DNA from: Tagaea sp.
GTDB taxonomy: Bacteria; Pseudomonadota; Alphaproteobacteria; CACIAM-22H2
Assembly (NCBI GenBank): GCA_044224405.1
Contig: JBGAKN010000004.1
Location: forward strand, 23,309 to 87,308
Direction of reading: 5' to 3'
Length of the DNA stretch: 64,000 bases
The notes under the pieces were generated by a model. The model had not been told where the DNA came from and searched no databases. It saw only the letters and a list, made by a program, of their open reading frames with translations. Position numbers and translations under genes: made by a program. Shown here piece after piece: positions 9,502 through 19,467 of this stretch (within the stretch, counting starts at the first letter, position 1; every line of letters begins with the position of its first letter).

Positions 9502-9774
9502 ATGCCGCTTGCTCCCGTCTTGCCGCCGATGCCGGCGCAGGTCGCCGTCGCGCATCCACATCAGCAGCCGACCGCCGTGCCATTGCCCCATGCAACGGCA
9601 CCAGGTGTCCGTGCGCAGACTGCAAAGGCGGTCAAACATGCGGGTGAGGCGGATCGCGCCGGACGAAGCCGGTCCGGGAGCGATTCGGACGCGGCCATCG
9701 ACGAAGACGCCAACGCTCTCGACGCCAAATCGAAGCGCAAGTCCGGCAGCCATACGCTCGACGTCGAGGTCTAG
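9502..9774 (+). CDS. Hypothetical low-complexity protein
   Basis: Follows an AT-rich promoter-like spacer; Pro/Ala-rich; ends GSHTLDVEV. Confidence 0.5.
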   Translation: MPLAPVLPPMPAQVAVAHPHQQPTAVPLPHATAPGVRAQTAKAVKHAGEADRAGRSRSGSDSDAAIDEDANALDAKSKRKSGSHTLDVEV

Positions 9775-10175
9775 CCGGTCGCCAGCGCGCGTTCGACGCG
9801 CAGAGCCAGCACTTCCGGTGTAACCGGCTTGACGATATAGCCATTGGCGCGCAGCTCGCGCGCCCGTTGCGCGAGGTCGCCGGTCGCGGTCGCGGTCAGA
9901 AGCACGACCGGAATGCGTGCCCTGTGGATCTCCGGCATCGCGCGCAGTTCGGCCAGGAACGTCAGGCCGTCCATCGGCTTCATCGCGATATCGCAGACGA
10001 TCAGGCTCGGCAGCCTGTCGGCGCCCCGGATCGCGTCGAGTGCCGCGGTTCCGTCCGCCGCCACCTCGACGAAGCCGAAGCCGAGACGTTCGAGCATCTT
10101 GTGCAGCATGGTGCGGACAACGGCCTGGTCGTCCACCACCATTGCGCCGAGTTTTGAATAGCGTTCTTCAGTCAT
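9771..10175 (-). CDS. Single-domain response regulator (CheY-like)
   Basis: VVDD, IVCDIAMKPMDG, LLT, YIVKP receiver motifs. Confidence 0.92.
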   Translation of the reverse strand: MTEERYSKLGAMVVDDQAVVRTMLHKMLERLGFGFVEVAADGTAALDAIRGADRLPSLIVCDIAMKPMDGLTFLAELRAMPEIHRARIPVVLLTATATGDLAQRARELRANGYIVKPVTPEVLALRVERALATG

Positions 10176-10184
10176 TGCAAGACA

Positions 10185-12548
10185 CTAGCGCAATGCGCCG
10201 CCGGCAGGCGAGAGCGCCAAGAGGAGATTCGCGCGCGCGGCCTCGAATCTCGACCGGACAGACCCGATTTCTGCGTCCACGGCTGGCCAGTCCGCCGCCG
10301 TAAAGGCCGCCTCAAGAACGCTTGCCGCCTCGCCGACGCCAAGCGCGCCGATGGTCCTGGAAGCGCCCTTGAGGGCATGCGCCGCATCCTTGCCGCCATC
10401 CGCGTCGCGCAGGGCAGCGGCGGCGGCCATTTCCTCGACGAGGCGCGCGCCGTTCTCGAAATAGAGCCCGATGACCTGCCGCAGGTCCTCGCTGTCGCCG
10501 CCATAGAGTTGCTTGAGCGCGGCGAAATCGACCTCGCCGCCGCCCGGCCCGCCGACCGGCTCGTCGTCGGTGGCGACCGCGATCTCGCGGCCGAGAACGT
10601 GCGCGAGAGCCCTGTCCAGATCGGCCAGAGTGGCCGGCTTGGCGACGAAATCGTCCATGCCGGCCGCAAGGCAGCGTTCGGCCTCGCCTGCCAGCGCATT
10701 GGCAGTCAATGCGACGATCGGCGTACGCCGCGCCCCACCCTGCTCGGCCGCGCGGACCTGACGGGTCAGTTCGAAGCCGTCCCAATTGGGCATGTGGCAA
10801 TCCGTCAGGATCGCGTCGATCCCGCCACCTTTCCAGCGCTCGAACGCCTCGCGCCCGTCAGCGACGACTTCGTGGCTGTACCCGAGCTTCGCGAGCTGGC
10901 GCGTGACAACCGCACGGTTCGTCGGATTGTCCTCGGCGACAAGGATGTTGCCTCCGACGCCCTGGGCCGGGCTCGCGGCACGCCGCACGACACCCGGCGC
11001 TTCGCCCGCGACGGCGCGAACAAGCATGTCGCGTCGGACCGGCTTGGGCAGATAGGCGTCGATCCCACGGTCGAGCGCCTTCTTGCGGAGGCCGGACTGG
11101 TCGGCCGCACTGGTAAGAATGATCCGCGTGTCGAAAAGATTCGGCGTTCCGCGGATCGTCTCCCCGAGCACGATCCCGTCGATCTCCCCGAGCGCGAACT
11201 CGATGATCGCAGCCTGGAACGGGCGTCCCGTTTCCGCCGCTTTCTCGATCGCATCGAGGGCAGCGCGCGGATCATCGATGCAGACGACTTCCGCCCCGGC
11301 AGCGGCAAGATAAGTCGCGAAAATCCCGCGTGTCGTGGCGCGCGGCTCGATCACCATCACCCGTCGCCCGGAAAGCGAATGAACGACCGGCGAAGCACCG
11401 CCTGCGTCGAATTTGACGGAAAAGGAAAATGTCGAGCCGCGCCCCGGTTCGCTGGCGACCGCGATGCGCGCGCCCATCAGCTCGACAAGCCGCATCGAGA
11501 TCGAAAGACCAAGCCCGGTACCACCGAAGCGCCGCGTCGTCGAACTATCTGCCTGACTGAACGGCTGGAACAGCCGGCCGATCGCCTCGGAATCGAGCCC
11601 GATACCCGTGTCGCGGACCGCGATAAGCAGCGTGCCTGCCGGCGCGTTCGTATCGGGACGAACGGTAACCGCGACCTCGCCGGACTGCGTGAACTTGATC
11701 GCGTTTCCGACGAGGTTGAAGAGAATCTGCCGCAACCGGACCGGATCGCCCAGCACCGACGACGGCACAAGCGGGTCGACAAGGGACGAAAGTTCCAGCC
11801 CTTTCTTTCGCGCCTGCGGCGCCAGCGTCTCGACCACGCTCTCGACGATCGTCTGCAGGGAAAGCTCGATCCGCTCGAGATCGAGGCGACCGGCCTCGAT
11901 CTTCGAAAAATCTAGGATGTCGTCGATGATCTTCATCAGCGACGAGGCGCTTTCGCGCACGATCTCGACCATCGAATCCTGCTCGGCGTCGAGGCCCGTG
12001 TCGTGCAGCAGTTCGAGCATCGCCAGCACGCCGTTCATCGGCGTCCGGATTTCGTGGCTCATGGCGGCAAGAAAACGTGACTTCGCGTCATTCGCCGCTT
12101 CGGCGAACTGTCGCATGCGAACGAGTTCGGCCTGCGCGTGCTTGCGGTCGGTCACGTCGACATAGGTCGAGACGAACCCGCCTTCGGGCAGCGGGTTGGA
12201 ATGGACCTCGAGCACCCGTCCGTCCGGGCGGGTGATCTCGAAGATCGCGCCTTGCGCCCCTTCCCGCCACGTCCGGAACGCGGCCTGCACGTCGAGCGCA
12301 CCACGCGCGACCATGAAGCGCGCCATCTCGCGCTGGGGATCCGCGGCCTTGGTTACCTCGGCAGGAACGTCGTAATAGTCGACGAAACGCTGGTTGTACG
12401 CGACGACCTTGAAGCCGGCATCGGACACCACGACGCCTTCATCCATGTTGTCGAGCACGGCGCGCAGCAGTGCGCGCTCGCGGGCGAGTTCGCGGCGCAG
12501 TCGCGCGATCTCGGGCGCCTGGGCGTCTCGCGTTTCGTCCTGGCTCAT
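10185..12548 (-). CDS. Cytoplasmic hybrid histidine kinase (PAS-HisKA-HATPase-REC-REC-Hpt)
   Basis: MSHEIRTPMNG H-box, NLVGNAIKFT, DTGIG, GGTGLGL, second REC LTDCHMP, Hpt AHALKGAS; no TM helix. Confidence 0.95.
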   Translation of the reverse strand: MSQDETRDAQAPEIARLRRELARERALLRAVLDNMDEGVVVSDAGFKVVAYNQRFVDYYDVPAEVTKAADPQREMARFMVARGALDVQAAFRTWREGAQGAIFEITRPDGRVLEVHSNPLPEGGFVSTYVDVTDRKHAQAELVRMRQFAEAANDAKSRFLAAMSHEIRTPMNGVLAMLELLHDTGLDAEQDSMVEIVRESASSLMKIIDDILDFSKIEAGRLDLERIELSLQTIVESVVETLAPQARKKGLELSSLVDPLVPSSVLGDPVRLRQILFNLVGNAIKFTQSGEVAVTVRPDTNAPAGTLLIAVRDTGIGLDSEAIGRLFQPFSQADSSTTRRFGGTGLGLSISMRLVELMGARIAVASEPGRGSTFSFSVKFDAGGASPVVHSLSGRRVMVIEPRATTRGIFATYLAAAGAEVVCIDDPRAALDAIEKAAETGRPFQAAIIEFALGEIDGIVLGETIRGTPNLFDTRIILTSAADQSGLRKKALDRGIDAYLPKPVRRDMLVRAVAGEAPGVVRRAASPAQGVGGNILVAEDNPTNRAVVTRQLAKLGYSHEVVADGREAFERWKGGGIDAILTDCHMPNWDGFELTRQVRAAEQGGARRTPIVALTANALAGEAERCLAAGMDDFVAKPATLADLDRALAHVLGREIAVATDDEPVGGPGGGEVDFAALKQLYGGDSEDLRQVIGLYFENGARLVEEMAAAAALRDADGGKDAAHALKGASRTIGALGVGEAASVLEAAFTAADWPAVDAEIGSVRSRFEAARANLLLALSPAGGALR

Positions 12549-12582
12549 GCCGGGATGGTACGGCCGGCCCGGCGCATGGCGG

Positions 12583-13047
12583 TCATCGACGCTGGGGTGC
12601 GGGCGGCGCCGCCGACGGGTTCTTGCAATCGCCGACCGACGGCGTCGAGCAGCGTTTGCCGTCGGGCATCGTCGCGCCGGACAGATCGGTGTCGCTCTTG
12701 ATGTCGGCGAAGCGCAGACCGGCGCCGGTCAGGTCCGTATTGACGAACTTCGCGCCATAGAGAGCGGAGCCGCCCAGATTGGTGAAGCGCATGTCCGCTT
12801 CCGAGAAGTCGGCGCCGCCAAGATCGGCCCCCGAAAGGTTGGCGCCGCGCAGCTTGGCCTTTCGGAGATTGGCATCCCGCAGGTTCGCGCCGCGCAGGTC
12901 TCGCCCTTCGAGATCCGCGCCTTCGCATTTTGCCGCCCGCGTGATCCTGCAGGAACTGCCTTGGGCATGCGTATCCGGGATCGTGGCGCCGGCGAGCAGC
13001 ACCAAGAAGCAAACGGCAGTCGCGCGTAGGATGAAATGCGGAATCAT
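12583..13047 (-). CDS. Exported pentapeptide-repeat protein
   Basis: Signal peptide; A(D/N)LxG repeats; terminal MPDG; four Cys in the mature part. Confidence 0.88.
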   Translation of the reverse strand: MIPHFILRATAVCFLVLLAGATIPDTHAQGSSCRITRAAKCEGADLEGRDLRGANLRDANLRKAKLRGANLSGADLGGADFSEADMRFTNLGGSALYGAKFVNTDLTGAGLRFADIKSDTDLSGATMPDGKRCSTPSVGDCKNPSAAPPAPQRR

Positions 13048-13148
13048 CGCGGGTGATTCTGATTGAAATTCGGGAGGCGTCAAGGCCAGAACCTTCTATT
13101 CATTCGCAAATTGCGGATGGCCAGAATTAGAAAATCATCTGATCTGTT

Positions 13149-13161
13149 GACCGACTCGGTC
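13149..13161. promoter_or_regulatory. Palindromic operator overlapping a TTGACC -35
   Basis: GACCGA-C-TCGGTC perfect dyad; TTGACC 13147-13152, TAGAAT 13173-13178. Confidence 0.45.
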
Positions 13162-13203
13162 CGTACCCTGCATAGAATGATTCCAGTCCTCTGGCGCTAA
13201 TAG

Positions 13204-13443
13204 ATGCAAAACGACATCGTACTTCGCGCAATGGCTTCAGTACTCGGTCCCGACGACGCAGTCGTTCGCGACGTCGAGAAAGCCATGCGTACCGACGACG
13301 GGCTGGATTGGCTGATCGCGAAGGCCGCGTTCGACGGAATATCGCGCGCGAAGCGCCAGGAGATCGCCGACATGGCGCGCTGGATGGCTGAAGAGTCGAT
13401 ACGCGAACAGCGGAATACGGCGATCCCGCAGCGACACCGCTAA
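13204..13443 (+). CDS. Hypothetical protein (79 aa)
   Basis: Isolated ORF in an intergenic gap with helical, protein-like sequence. Confidence 0.6.
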   Translation: MQNDIVLRAMASVLGPDDAVVRDVEKAMRTDDGLDWLIAKAAFDGISRAKRQEIADMARWMAEESIREQRNTAIPQRHR

Positions 13444-13583
13444 TTCATTTAAAATCATCGGCTTATTGGGCCTGAACGAATTCCATTCGAGCACTTGTGT
13501 GGTATTCTGACTCGCGCGAAAATCGTGCCGCTCTACTCTGGCGCTCCAGCCGCAATACAAATCGAAAACCAGAAGCACGCTTA

Positions 13584-14591
13584 ATGTCAGAGGAAACCGA
13601 AGGCGTTGCCGGCAAGCCGGTTTCCGACGAAGCGCGCGATATCCCGCCGCCCAAGGACTATACGAAGAGCACGCATTTCCTTTTTGACCACAAGCTCTTC
13701 GCCGTGCCGGACTGCTGTTTCCTGAAGGACCCGAATACCGGCGACCCCGGCCTTTCCCTGCCGCTTGGCGACGTGCGCGCGTTCCTGCCGCTGGGTCCGC
13801 TGATGAAGATGTTCAAGGATTTCACGGAAGACGATACGCGCCTTCTCAACGTCGCGATCCGCGGCCTGGCGCATGTGCGCGAAATACGGCCGGGCGATTC
13901 TATTCCGGCGGAGATCCTCGACGGTTCGGCGTCCTGGACCGTGGGGCCCGAACAGCTCGATCGCGCGCGCGGACGCATGCTCGCCAGTCTCGTCGCGGTC
14001 GACGGCACGCCGATCGATCCCGTGCATATGGAAATCGGCTCCACGGCGCTGCTCGCGGATTCGAAGATCGAAGCCCGTCGCACGGCGGCATATGCCATCG
14101 TCAAGGACAAGCTCGGCGACTCTCTCGGGAACCAGAAAACCGTGCAGGACATCGTCGAGCGGATGTCGCGCGAACTGTCGTACATCGAAGGCTTGCGCGA
14201 GCGCTATGGTTTGGTCAGCCGGATTTCGGCACGCATCCTTTCCTCCGCCCGCCTCTACAAGAATACGGGCGGAATGGCGGAGGAGATCTATCGCATCCGC
14301 ATCCTGATGCGCGCGCCGATCGACGAATACCGGATGGCGTTCTCGAATATCGACGCGCAGTTTTCAGAAATCCTGAACGTGATCCGCAAGCCCGACGACA
14401 TGGTCGCGTTCGTCCGCAAGCATCGCGACGACCTGCACCAGCGCCTGATGATCTGGGATGCGATCGTCGAGGAATGGAAGGACGAGGATGCCGGCGCGCG
14501 CTCCAAGCGCCTTGAATCCCTGTTGCGGGCGACTTACCGGTTCGTGGCAAGACGCTTCCCCGCCGACCAGGACTGGACGCTGACCCGCTAG
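13584..14591 (+). CDS. Hypothetical protein (335 aa)
   Basis: Long ORF with host-like codon usage and no family I recognise; VREIRPGDSIPAEILDGSASW. Confidence 0.8.
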   Translation: MSEETEGVAGKPVSDEARDIPPPKDYTKSTHFLFDHKLFAVPDCCFLKDPNTGDPGLSLPLGDVRAFLPLGPLMKMFKDFTEDDTRLLNVAIRGLAHVREIRPGDSIPAEILDGSASWTVGPEQLDRARGRMLASLVAVDGTPIDPVHMEIGSTALLADSKIEARRTAAYAIVKDKLGDSLGNQKTVQDIVERMSRELSYIEGLRERYGLVSRISARILSSARLYKNTGGMAEEIYRIRILMRAPIDEYRMAFSNIDAQFSEILNVIRKPDDMVAFVRKHRDDLHQRLMIWDAIVEEWKDEDAGARSKRLESLLRATYRFVARRFPADQDWTLTR

Positions 14592-15142
14592 GACGCGTCC
14601 GGATAGGCGATCGACAGGATTTCGAGCTGGTCGATGCCGTTCGGCGTCCGGACTTCCACGACATCGCCAACACGCGCGCGCAGCAAGGCGCGCGCGACGG
14701 GCGCGATCCAGGCGATCTCTCCCGCGTCGCCGCGCGTCTCGTCGATGCCGACGATCCGGACCGTCCGCTCCTCTTCGCGCGAATTCACGAACGCGACGGT
14801 TGCTCCGAAGAATACCTGACTCCGGTTCTTCTGCAGCTGCGGATCGACGATCTCGGCAATCTCGAGCCGCTTTGTCAGGAATCGCACGCGCCTGTCGATC
14901 TCGCGAAGCCGGCGTTTCCCGTAGATATAGTCGCCGTTCTCCGACCGGTCGCCGTTCCCGGCCGCCCACGAAACCGTCTCGACGACCTTCGGCCGCTCGA
15001 CGCGCAGGAGATGGCGCAGCTCGTCCTGCAGCCGCTGCCACCCGGCCGGCGTGATGTAGTTGCGTGTACCCGGCGGCAGAGGCGGAAGGGGATCGTCCTC
15101 CACGTCTTCCGCGTCGGTCTCCTTCGTGAACGCCTTGCTCAT
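14588..15142 (-). CDS. greB: Transcription elongation factor GreB
   Basis: [50 protein letters not shown]. Confidence 0.95.
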   Translation of the reverse strand: MSKAFTKETDAEDVEDDPLPPLPPGTRNYITPAGWQRLQDELRHLLRVERPKVVETVSWAAGNGDRSENGDYIYGKRRLREIDRRVRFLTKRLEIAEIVDPQLQKNRSQVFFGATVAFVNSREEERTVRIVGIDETRGDAGEIAWIAPVARALLRARVGDVVEVRTPNGIDQLEILSIAYPDAS

Positions 15143-15996
15143 TGTCCGCCATCGCGCGTGACGCGCGTACCCGCGAGCGCGCGCTTGATCCGGCCGAGGC
15201 GCTCGTGAACCTGCGGACCCAGCCAGATCGCAAGGCCGGTCATCAGCACGTCGATCAAGGCCAGCTGCACGATACGCGAGGCCATCGGCGTGAAAATCTC
15301 GGCATCCTCGGCAGGTTCGGCGAGAATGGCGACGGTGGCGTGGTCGGCGAGCGGCGATCCCGGCGCGCCCAGAACGACGACCGAAACGCCGCGCGCGCGC
15401 GCCGTCGCCACGATGTCGATGAGCGATCGCGTGCGCCCGGTGTTGGAAATGACGAACAGCAGATCGCCGGGTTCGGCGGATTCGACCGCCATCAGCGCCA
15501 GCAGCGGATCGGCAAGCTGCCGGCAGGGCATCGGGAAGCGCGTCAGCTTGTGGACCGCATCCACGGCGGTGGCCGCCGATCCGCCGAAGCCGCACACGAG
15601 GATCTGCCGCGCACTTGCGAACAGGGCGACGGCGGCGGCAACCCGGTCGGTATCCACGCGGTTGCGCGCCGCGCGAAGCGCTGCGGCCGCAGCGTCCAGA
15701 ACCTTCGGCGTATATGCCGCCGCGTCGTCACCCGCCTCGACATGCGCGCTGACGAAGGCGACACCCGAGACGAGGCTTTGCGCCAACGCCACCTTGAATT
15801 CCGGAAATCCCGAATAGCCGAGCGAACGGCAGAAGCGCAGCACGGTCGGCTGGCTCACCGCCGCCTGACGCGCGAGCCGCGCGATCGCGACATGCAGGCT
15901 CGCGTTCGGATCGGCGAGGATCGCGCGCGCGACGGCTGCTTCCTGCCGCGGCAGCTTCGGCAAACGGGAGCGAAGCTCGTCGATCAGGCTGGACAT
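15139..15996 (-). CDS. hexR: RpiR-family regulator (HTH + SIS), HexR-like
   Basis: [42 protein letters not shown]; lies in an operon with zwf/edd. Confidence 0.85.
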   Translation of the reverse strand: MSSLIDELRSRLPKLPRQEAAVARAILADPNASLHVAIARLARQAAVSQPTVLRFCRSLGYSGFPEFKVALAQSLVSGVAFVSAHVEAGDDAAAYTPKVLDAAAAALRAARNRVDTDRVAAAVALFASARQILVCGFGGSAATAVDAVHKLTRFPMPCRQLADPLLALMAVESAEPGDLLFVISNTGRTRSLIDIVATARARGVSVVVLGAPGSPLADHATVAILAEPAEDAEIFTPMASRIVQLALIDVLMTGLAIWLGPQVHERLGRIKRALAGTRVTRDGGQ

Positions 15997-17828
15997 GTGG
16001 CGGCGACCCTGGCCGGCGGACCGGGAGGGAGGATCGTCGCACCCTCCTCCGCGCTGCCGACATTGCGACGGAACACCGAGAAGAGCTCGCGCCCGTATCC
16101 CCAGTGATTTGCGGCCGGATCCAGCGTATCGGCGGCTCGCGCGGCGAGCGTCGCCGCGTCGACCAGCAGTTCGGCCGTGCCGGCATCCGCATCCAGGCGG
16201 ATTTTGTCGCCGTCGCGCACACGCGCCAGCATTCCGCCCGCAGCCGCTTCCGGCGACAGGTGAATCGCCGCCAACACCTTGCCCGACGCGCCCGACATGC
16301 GCCCGTCGGTGAGTAGCGCCACGCGCTGGCCGCGGTCCTGGAGCACGCCAAGAGCCGGCGTCAGCTTGTGGAGCTCGGGCATACCGTTCGCCTGCGGACC
16401 CTGGAAGCGCACGACGGCGACGAAGTCGCCGGTCAGTTCGCCCTTCGCGAAAGCCTGCTGCAGCGCGTTCTGCCCGTCGAAGACGCGGGCCGGCGCCTCG
16501 ATGCGCCGGTGCTGCGGCGCCACCGCCGAGACCTTGACGACCGCACGGCCGAGATTTCCCGACAGAGTCCGGATGCCGCCCTGCGGATCGAATGCGCGCG
16601 CGACCGGGCGAAGGACCTTGTCGTCGCCGGTTTCGGTCGCGGCCGGTCGCCATGCAAGCTTTCCGGAATCGAGCCAGGCTTCCTGCGCGTAACGCCCAAG
16701 CCCCTTGCCCTTGACCGTCTCGACGTCGTCGTGCAGCAGCCCCGCACCGAGCAGTTCGCGGATCAGGAACGACATCCCGCCGGCGGCCTGGAAGTGGTTC
16801 ACGTCGGCGCTGCCGTTGGGATAGATGCGCGTCAATTGCGGCACGACGGCGGAAAGCGCGTCGAAATCGTCCCAGCGCAGGACGATCCCGGCGGCGCGCG
16901 CCATCGCGACGAGATGAATCGTGTGGTTCGTCGAACCGCCCGTCGCGAGCAGGCCGACCATTCCGTTGACGAACGCGCGCTCATCCAGAATGCGTCCGAT
17001 CGGCGCGCGGCTGGTGCCAGCAAGCTCGACGGCAAGATGGCCCGCCGCACGCGTGAATTCATCGCGAAGGGCACTGCCGGGATTGGGGAAGCTGGCACCC
17101 GGCAGGTGCAGCCCCATGATCTCCATCAGCATCTGGTTGGAATTCGCCGTTCCGTAGAACGTGCAGGTCCCCGGCCCGTGATACGAAGCGGCTTCCGCGG
17201 CAAGCAGGTCTGCGCGGCCGAGCTTTCCTTCGGCGTAGAGCTGACGCACCCGGCTCTTCTCCGAATTGGGCAGTCCCGATGTCATCGGACCGGCGGGCAC
17301 GAAAACGAACGGCAGATGGCCGTAGGCAAGCGCCCCCATGACGAGCCCCGGCACGATCTTGTCGCACACGCCCAGACACAGTGCCGCGTCAAACATGTCG
17401 TGCGACAGCGCGATCGCGGTCGACATGGCGATCGTGTCGCGGCTGAAAAGCGAAAGCTCCATGCCGGTCTGGCCTTGCGTGACACCGTCGCACATCGCGG
17501 GCGTCCCGCCGGCGAACTGCGCGACGCCGCCGGCCTCGCGGACCGCCTGACGGATCAGGGCGGGATACGTCTCGAACGGCTGATGGGCGGAGAGCATGTC
17601 GTTATAGGCCGAGACGATCGCGACATTGGGTGCATTGCCACCCTTGAGTTCGGCCTTCTCGTCCGCTCTGCAGGCCGCAAAGCCGTGCGCGAGATTGCCG
17701 CACGACAGAGTCAGGCGACGCGGGCCCTTGGCGCGCTGCGCGTCGATGCGCTCCAGATATCCCGACCTTGAAGCGGCGCTGCGCGCGCGGATCGCATCGG
17801 TGACGGAACGTATCGCGGCGGCGACCAT
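15984..17828 (-). CDS. edd: 6-phosphogluconate dehydratase
   Basis: [63 protein letters not shown]. Confidence 0.97.
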   Translation of the reverse strand: MVAAAIRSVTDAIRARSAASRSGYLERIDAQRAKGPRRLTLSCGNLAHGFAACRADEKAELKGGNAPNVAIVSAYNDMLSAHQPFETYPALIRQAVREAGGVAQFAGGTPAMCDGVTQGQTGMELSLFSRDTIAMSTAIALSHDMFDAALCLGVCDKIVPGLVMGALAYGHLPFVFVPAGPMTSGLPNSEKSRVRQLYAEGKLGRADLLAAEAASYHGPGTCTFYGTANSNQMLMEIMGLHLPGASFPNPGSALRDEFTRAAGHLAVELAGTSRAPIGRILDERAFVNGMVGLLATGGSTNHTIHLVAMARAAGIVLRWDDFDALSAVVPQLTRIYPNGSADVNHFQAAGGMSFLIRELLGAGLLHDDVETVKGKGLGRYAQEAWLDSGKLAWRPAATETGDDKVLRPVARAFDPQGGIRTLSGNLGRAVVKVSAVAPQHRRIEAPARVFDGQNALQQAFAKGELTGDFVAVVRFQGPQANGMPELHKLTPALGVLQDRGQRVALLTDGRMSGASGKVLAAIHLSPEAAAGGMLARVRDGDKIRLDADAGTAELLVDAATLAARAADTLDPAANHWGYGRELFSVFRRNVGSAEEGATILPPGPPARVAATCPA

Positions 17829-19297
17829 CAGTTGAGCTCCTCGTGCCATGTGCGGCCATCGCGCTCGATGAGCGCCGTCGCCGCGGGCGGGCCCCAGCTT
17901 CCGGCGACATAGCTCTTGGGCGCTTCGCTTGCGCGTTCCCAGTGGCGGATCGGCGGTTCGATCCATTGCCAGGCGGCTTCCACTTCGTCGCGCCGCATGA
18001 ACAGCGTCGGATTGCCGCGGACGACATCCATCAGCAGGCGCTCGTACGCTTCAGGGAAGCGCGTCGAGAAGGTTTCGGCGAAACTCAGGTCCAGCGGCAC
18101 GGAGCGCAGGCGAAGGCCGCCCGGCCCCGGTTCCTTGGTCATCAAGCGCAGCGTGATGCCCTCGTCGGGCTGGAGGCGCACCACGAGCCGGTTCGCGACG
18201 AGATCTGCGCCGGAGCCCGTCCCGAAGATCGAATGCGGCACAGGCTTGAACTGCACGACGATCTCGGATGCCTTGCGCGCCATGCGTTTGCCCGTGCGCA
18301 GATAGAACGGCACGCCGGACCAGCGCCAGTTCTCGAGCGAAAGCCGGATCGCGACGAACGTCTCCGTCCGGCTTGTCGCGCCCTTGCCGAGTTCCTCGCC
18401 ATATCCCGGCACGGCCGCGCCGTCGATTGCGCCGGCGACGTACTGGCCGCGAACGACGTGCGCGTCGGAAAGAGCCGCAAGCGAGCGAAGCACCTTCAGC
18501 TTCTCATCGCGCACCGCATCTGCCGTCAACGCCTGGGGTGGCTCCATCGCCACAAGGCAGGTCAGTTGCAGCAGATGATTCTGCACCATGTCGCGCAACG
18601 CGCCGGCGCTTTCGTAGTAGCCGGCCCGGCCTTCCAGCCCCACCGTCTCGGCCACCGTGATCTGGACATGGTCGATCCACATCGAGTTCCACAGCGGCTC
18701 GAACAGCGAATTCGCGAAGCGCAGCGCCAGAAGGTTCTGCACCGCCTCTTTTCCGAGATAGTGGTCGATTCGGTAGATGTGCAGTTCGTCGAAAACGGCG
18801 CCGATCTCGTCGTTGATCCGCCTGGCGCTGGCAAGGTCGGTGCCGATCGGCTTCTCGACGACAAGGCGCGCGCCATCCTTCGCGAGGCCCACATTGCCGA
18901 GGCGGCGCGCGATCGGCCCGTAGAATTGCGGCGACGTTGCCAGATAGAAGACGCGCACGCGCTCGCCAGCGGCCCCGAGCGCCTCGACAAGCCGGTCCCA
19001 GCCGGCATCGGATTCGGCGTCAAGCGTGACGTGATGAAGGCGCGCGCAGAAGCGCGCCCACGCGGCGGGATCGGGCGCATCGGGGCCGAGATGCCGGCGG
19101 ACCTGCGTCTCGACGAACGCGACATAGGCGGCATCGTCGTAAGGCCGCCGCGAGATCGCGAAGATCCGCGCCTCGGCGGGGATCTGCCCATCGATATCGC
19201 GATGGAAAAGGGCTGGCAGCAGCTTGCGCGTCGCGAGATCGCCGGTCCCGCCGAACACGACATAGTCGAAAGGCATGACGGGAATGATCTGGGCCAT
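17828..19297 (-). CDS. zwf: Glucose-6-phosphate 1-dehydrogenase
   Basis: [43 protein letters not shown]. Confidence 0.97.
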   Translation of the reverse strand: MAQIIPVMPFDYVVFGGTGDLATRKLLPALFHRDIDGQIPAEARIFAISRRPYDDAAYVAFVETQVRRHLGPDAPDPAAWARFCARLHHVTLDAESDAGWDRLVEALGAAGERVRVFYLATSPQFYGPIARRLGNVGLAKDGARLVVEKPIGTDLASARRINDEIGAVFDELHIYRIDHYLGKEAVQNLLALRFANSLFEPLWNSMWIDHVQITVAETVGLEGRAGYYESAGALRDMVQNHLLQLTCLVAMEPPQALTADAVRDEKLKVLRSLAALSDAHVVRGQYVAGAIDGAAVPGYGEELGKGATSRTETFVAIRLSLENWRWSGVPFYLRTGKRMARKASEIVVQFKPVPHSIFGTGSGADLVANRLVVRLQPDEGITLRLMTKEPGPGGLRLRSVPLDLSFAETFSTRFPEAYERLLMDVVRGNPTLFMRRDEVEAAWQWIEPPIRHWERASEAPKSYVAGSWGPPAATALIERDGRTWHEELN

Positions 19298-19312
19298 TCG
19301 GCACCCTTTTCT

Positions 19313-19327
19313 CGTAGCTTTATTACT
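19313..19327. promoter_or_regulatory. Candidate HexR operator 1
   Basis: cGTA-GCTTTAT-TACt fits the HexR-type GTA-N7-TAC dyad, about 16 nt upstream of zwf. Confidence 0.55.
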
Positions 19328-19361
19328 TATGCTGTTGAAAATAGACCATAGCGAGAGATTT

Positions 19362-19376
19362 CGTAATTAAATTATG
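19362..19376. promoter_or_regulatory. Candidate HexR operator 2
   Basis: cGTA-ATTAAAT-TATg, one mismatch to the same dyad. Confidence 0.4.
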
Positions 19377-19467
19377 CATTCCGGCGTTGCTTTCAGCATT
19401 CTTTTAATTTGACTGTTTTTTACTGTAGATACTTGAAGCACCCTGTCCCACTGCCCAAAATCCTTGA

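Noticed and set aside
12700-12930. Periodic DNA suggesting a tandem repeat or CRISPR
   Set aside because: The 15-nt periodicity is explained by pentapeptide-repeat coding; there are no identical repeats with unique spacers.
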